DNA from: Chiloscyllium plagiosum
Lineage: Eukaryota
Length of the DNA: 64,000 bases
Assembly: GCF_004010195.1 (NCBI RefSeq)
Contig: NC_057718.1
Location: 6,424,857-6,488,856 of the forward strand
Direction of reading: 5' to 3'
Positions within the stretch are counted from its first letter, which is position 1; each line of letters opens with the position of its first letter. Positions 59,625 to 64,000 of the stretch are shown piece after piece. A program made the translations under genes and the position numbers. The notes under the pieces were generated by a model that ran no database searches, was not told the origin of the DNA, and worked only from the letters and a program-made list of their open reading frames with translations.

Positions 59625-60330
59625 TATGAGGTGACAACACAAAGTTAGGTTGGAGGGTCAACAGTGAGAAGGATGCAAAGATACATCAGTGTGAATTGTT
59701 TTAGAGAACAAACACATGGAAGATGAAATGCAATGTGGGTAAATGGGAAGTTATCCATTTTAGCAGCAAAAACAGGCAGATGTATTGCTATCTGAATGAC
59801 AATAGATTGGGCAAGGGATGGACGGTACAATGAGATTTGGGTGTCCTTGTATGCCAGTCACTGAAGGTAAGCACTGCAGGTACAGCAGGCAGTGAAGAAG
59901 GTCAGTGTTGTTTTGGCCTTCATAGCGAGAGAGTTCGAGTACAGGAGCAGGGATGTCTTGCTGTAATTGTACAGGGTCTTGGTGAGACCGCACTTGGAAC
60001 ATTGTATGCAGTTCAGAAGAATGAGGGGTTTGCCATAGAAACCAATACAATTCTAACAGAAAAAGACTGGGTAATGCAAGAAGAAACAAAAACAGAAATT
60101 ACTGGAAAGTCCCAGCAGGTCTGGCAGCATCTATGGAGAGAAATCAGAGTTAAATTCTTGGGCCCAGTGCCCCTTCCTCAGAATGGAGCCTTCAGTTCTG
60201 AAATGATTACTGGACCGGAAACGTTAACTCTGATTTCTCTGCACCAAGGCTGCCAGACTTGCTGAGCTTTTCCAGCAAATGTCAAAGGGCTGAATGGCCT
60301 ACCCCTATTCCTACTTTCCATGATTCTATG
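59625..60330 (+). mobile_element. CR1 fragment interrupted by a family D palindrome
   Basis: DDT.LG, EYRSRDVLL.LYRVLVRPHLE motifs; tail at 60283-60330. Confidence 0.8.
60083..60280. mobile_element. Palindromic Penelope-like family D element
   Basis: Inverted arms; agtt CTGAAAT...GAAACGTT aact at 60194-60229. Confidence 0.7.
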
Positions 60331-60830
60331 TGAAAAAACCTCTGAGTGCTGGAAAGCTGTGGGAAATATACATCCAAATTTACAGGCACCACCAACCTTG
60401 TGTCATGGCTCCATTGCTCACATCCTGAAACATTATTTTCACCTCTTAGTTTGCTTCCCCATCTGCCTCTCCTTTCCCAGTTCCACTCACTTTGAATCAA
60501 TGTTGTGTTTCAGCCAAATTCTCAGACACATAAGGGTGTCCTGCCAGAAAATAAATTACTGAACTATCCAATCCACTTTCCTGAACCACAGCCTTGGGCA
60601 TGGGGTGAGTAGTTCATCTCATTTCATTCCAAATCTACCGCACTGTGGCTGGAAAAATGTGAAAACGTGTTTCCAAAATTTCAAAGATAACAATAAGAGA
60701 TGCCACTGTTTTATTTACACATTGTTCCCCACGGTCCGATTTGGGGACAACCAGATCCTGACCGAACTCTCCAAATGATGGCAAGGATTTCTCTTACCGT
60801 ATTACATCGGTGACGGCGTGTCCAAATCTC

Positions 60831-61050
60831 GGAGGAAGTGGGTACTGCAGATGCTGGAGATTAGAGTCAAGATTAGAGTGGTGCTGTAAAAACACAGCAG
60901 GTCAGGCAGCATCTGAAGAGCAGGAAAATCGATGTTTTGGGCAAAAGCCCTTCATCAGGAATGAAAGGTTTTTGCCCGAAACATCAATTTTCCTGCTCTT
61001 CAGATGCTGCCTGACCTGCTGTGCTTTTCCAGTACCTCTCTAATCTTGAC
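60831..61050. mobile_element. Palindromic Penelope-like family A element
   Basis: 60866-60955 inverted relative to 60962-61050; flanked by CCAAATCTC at 60822-60830 and 61057-61065. Confidence 0.85.
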
Positions 61051-61054
61051 ACAT

Positions 61055-61950
61055 GCCCAAATCTCATCAATTCTAAGCATTGAAGAATGTCAGCCAGTCC
61101 ACACTATAACAAAGTCTCGTATATCAGCCCACACCACCACCTATATATGTTGGAGAGTCTCTGGAATATGTAAAGTACTTCCCATACCTTAGCAACCATC
61201 TTTATCACAAAGTCAACGGCAATGTCCAACTAGTCAACCACACCAGCTAGGCCTTGAATGTACTCCAGCAGTAACTGTTTGGCTTGACAATAAGGACTAC
61301 CATGAGTCAACAGCAGGCACAATACAAAGGGCAGTTATGGCCATCACACTCTTGTACAGCAGTGAGTACTAGATTATGTAGCAATGACACAGAAAGGTGC
61401 GAGAGAAACTCCATCGGAAATACCTCCACCACATTCTCCAGATTTTATGGGATGGCCATTGAACAAATATGGTCACCTTTCTTGAATGCCAGCATTCAGC
61501 CTAACTTCTCCAAAGTCAGCTTTGATAGACTGAAAAATGTGTCAGGAAAGGTCCCACACAAGATACAAAGGAATATTGATTATTACGCACTCAACTAACC
61601 AAATTTCAGTTAATCTGAACATGATCGTAAGGTCCAGATGCTTGGCTAAACTATGTTATCCGGCATTCAATTATCTGGCATTCGATTAAGCAAATGAAAT
61701 ACTCCCCACCCTTGTCTTTTTGGATAATCGAAGTTCCTCTGTACTGTTTTGCCAATGGCCAGCTGTCCAGAGACAGTCAAAGAAAACTCCTCAAAGATCC
61801 TCTGAAGCTCTCCTTGAGGCCCGGTTGAATGACATAAATGATGGGGAGGGGCTCGTGCGAGACTGGGGAGGGCGATGACCTGTCCAGCAAACTGTGTCAT
61901 GCTTTGAGTGACAATGTGGTAAAAATCAGATAGAGAAACAGCCAAGAAGG
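61055..61950 (+). mobile_element. Degenerate RTE-clade LINE fragment
   Basis: TK..YQP, YFPYL and QRK..KD.LK.SL-like motifs; a pogo-like end (GGATAATCGAAGTTCCTCTGTA) is nested at ~61650-61745. Confidence 0.5.
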
Positions 61951-62075
61951 AAGGAAAACGATGTCAATGTGAATCCTGCTGCCTTATGGGACTTTTCACT
62001 CGATCGCTGCCAGTCAGGATTTGTTGAGTCACATGAGGGCCCCAGGCAGAAACATCTGACCTGAGTAGGTGGCAT

Positions 62076-62289
62076 GATTTGGAGATGACGGTGTTGGACT
62101 GGGGTGTACAAAGTTAAAAATCACACAACACCAGGTTATAGTCCAACAGGTTTAATTGGAAGCACACTAGCTTTCGGAGCGTCGCTCCTTCATCAGGTGA
62201 CTGTCATCACTGAAGGAGCAGCAGTCCGAAAGCTAGTGTGCTTCCAATTAAACCTGTTGGACTATAACCTGGTGTTGTGTGATTTTTAA
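62076..62289. mobile_element. Palindromic Penelope-like family B element
   Basis: Inverted arms; imperfect TSD CTGAGTAGGTGGCAT (62061-62075) / CTGAGTACTTGGCAT (62290-62304). Confidence 0.88.
62165..62199 (-). ncRNA. Minimal hammerhead ribozyme motif (family B, intact)
   Basis: cac CTGATGA a ggagc gac gctcc GAAA gc TA gtg. Confidence 0.75.
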
Positions 62290-62393
62290 CTGAGTACTTG
62301 GCATCCTTAAATCTTCGGAACAGTTTACAATGATATTGGGTCTATTTTACACCTTCCTGATATCACTCCTTTGCCTCTTTTCAAGCCACAATA

Positions 62394-62723
62394 TCATAGA
62401 ATCTCAACAGTGTGGAAGTTGGTCATTCAGCCCATCAAGTCCACACCAACCCTCTTGAAGAGCATCCCACTCCCAGACTCATGCCCTATTCCTGTAACCC
62501 TGCAATTCCCGTGGCTAATCCATCTAGCCTGCGCATCTCTGAACATTGTGGGTAATTTAACATGGTCAATCCACCTAACCTGTGGGAGGAAACCGGAGCA
62601 CCCGGAGGAAACCCACACAGACACGGGGAGAATGTGCAAACTCCACACAGGTAGTCGCCTGAGCATGGGATCGAACCTAGGGCTCTAGCGCTCTGAGGCA
62701 CCAATGCTAACCACTGAGCCACT
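62394..62723 (-). mobile_element. HE1-type V-SINE
   Basis: Reverse HE1 head, V-domain and tail. Confidence 0.9.
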
Positions 62724-62821
62724 GAAATAGACACTTCCTTTTTTCCACATCTTTGATCTGTTTACCAACCCCCCCCCTCCAATATTCAAAGCATCATCCT
62801 CTGCTGATTCTGCCAATTTTA

Positions 62822-63463
62822 GTAAGGCGTTTGATAAGGTTCCCCATGGTAGGCTACTTCAAAAAATACAGAGATATGGCATTGAGGGTGAGTTGGAGGT
62901 TTGGATTAGGAATTGGCTGGCTGGAAGAAGACAGAGGGTAGTAGTTGATGGTAAAGGTTCATCTTGGAGTGCAGTTACTAGCGGTGTTCCGCAAGGATCT
63001 GTTTTGGGACCATTGCTGTTTGTCATTTTTATAAATGACCTGGAAGAGGGGTTAGAAGGTTAGGTGAGCAAGTTTGCGGATGATACGAAAGTCGGAGGAG
63101 TTATTGACAGTGAGGAAGGATGTGGCAGGTTACAGCAGGATATAGAGAAGCTGCAGAGCTGGGCAGAAAGGTGGCAAATGGAATTCAATGTAGCTAAGTG
63201 TGAGGTGATTCACTTTGGGAAGAATAACAAAAAGATGGGGTACTGGGCTAATGGTCGGATACTTGGTAGTGTGGATGAGCAGAGGGATCTTGGTGTCCAT
63301 GTACACAGATCTCTGAAAGTTGCCACCCAGGTAAATAGTGCGGTGAGGAAGGCATATGGCGTACTGGCTTTTATTGGTAGAGGAATTGAGTTCCGGACTC
63401 CTGAGGTCATGATGCAGTTGTATAAGACTCTGGTGCGGCCGCATCTGGAATACTGTGTGCAGT
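62822..63463 (+). mobile_element. Young CR1 RT fragment running into a gap
   Basis: [44 protein letters not shown]. Confidence 0.95.
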
Positions 63464-63752
63464 NNNNNNNNNNNNNNNNNNNNNNNNNNNNNNNNNNNNN
63501 NNNNNNNNNNNNNNNNNNNNNNNNNNNNNNNNNNNNNNNNNNNNNNNNNNNNNNNNNNNNNNNNNNNNNNNNNNNNNNNNNNNNNNNNNNNNNNNNNNNN
63601 NNNNNNNNNNNNNNNNNNNNNNNNNNNNNNNNNNNNNNNNNNNNNNNNNNNNNNNNNNNNNNNNNNNNNNNNNNNNNNNNNNNNNNNNNNNNNNNNNNNN
63701 NNNNNNNNNNNNNNNNNNNNNNNNNNNNNNNNNNNNNNNNNNNNNNNNNNNN
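63464..63752. other. Assembly gap (N run)
   Basis: Run of N. Confidence 1.
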
Positions 63753-64000
63753 NCAATCTCCCCCCTTCCCTGGCTTTGAACTTGTTGTCGATTTCTTACA
63801 TTTTTAACTTTTTCCAGTTCTGGGGAAAGGCAATCAGCCTGAACTCTGCTTTCCTTTCCATCGATGCTGCCAGGTCTTTTGAGTATTCTAACATTTTCTG
63901 CAGTTAACTTCAGCCTCTACCATGCTCTATATTTTGCTTTTGTAACATTTGAACACCCAGGTGATGACCAGGATCACAAGGCATTCAAGTTGGCTTTGGG

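Overview
Repeat-dense vertebrate genomic DNA, almost certainly from a shark or other elasmobranch: it holds about 13 HE1/V-SINE copies whose tails match CR1/HER1-type LINEs. It looks intronic or intergenic, and I cannot support any host protein-coding gene. Most of the window is decayed, often nested transposons: CR1 (three long copies), L2, RTE, Tx1, LTR relics, pogo-like MITEs, and DeuSINE and other tRNA-derived SINEs. There are also three minisatellites and two N gaps. The most notable signal is a set of at least four sequence-divergent families of short Penelope-like (PLE) elements. Each carries a minimal type I hammerhead ribozyme motif: CUGANGA, one extra nucleotide, helix II, GAAA, a palindromic ACGU/AGCU helix III, then UH. 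The helices differ between families but stay paired. Several copies are ~200-250 bp palindromes with a hammerhead (intact or eroded) on each strand, flanked by 12-15 bp target-site duplications. One copy runs directly into a GIY-YIG endonuclease C-terminus. Non-repeat islands contain Pbx-Hox/Meis motif clusters, long hairpins and weak exon candidates. Repeat boundaries were read by eye and are approximate unless TSDs are given.
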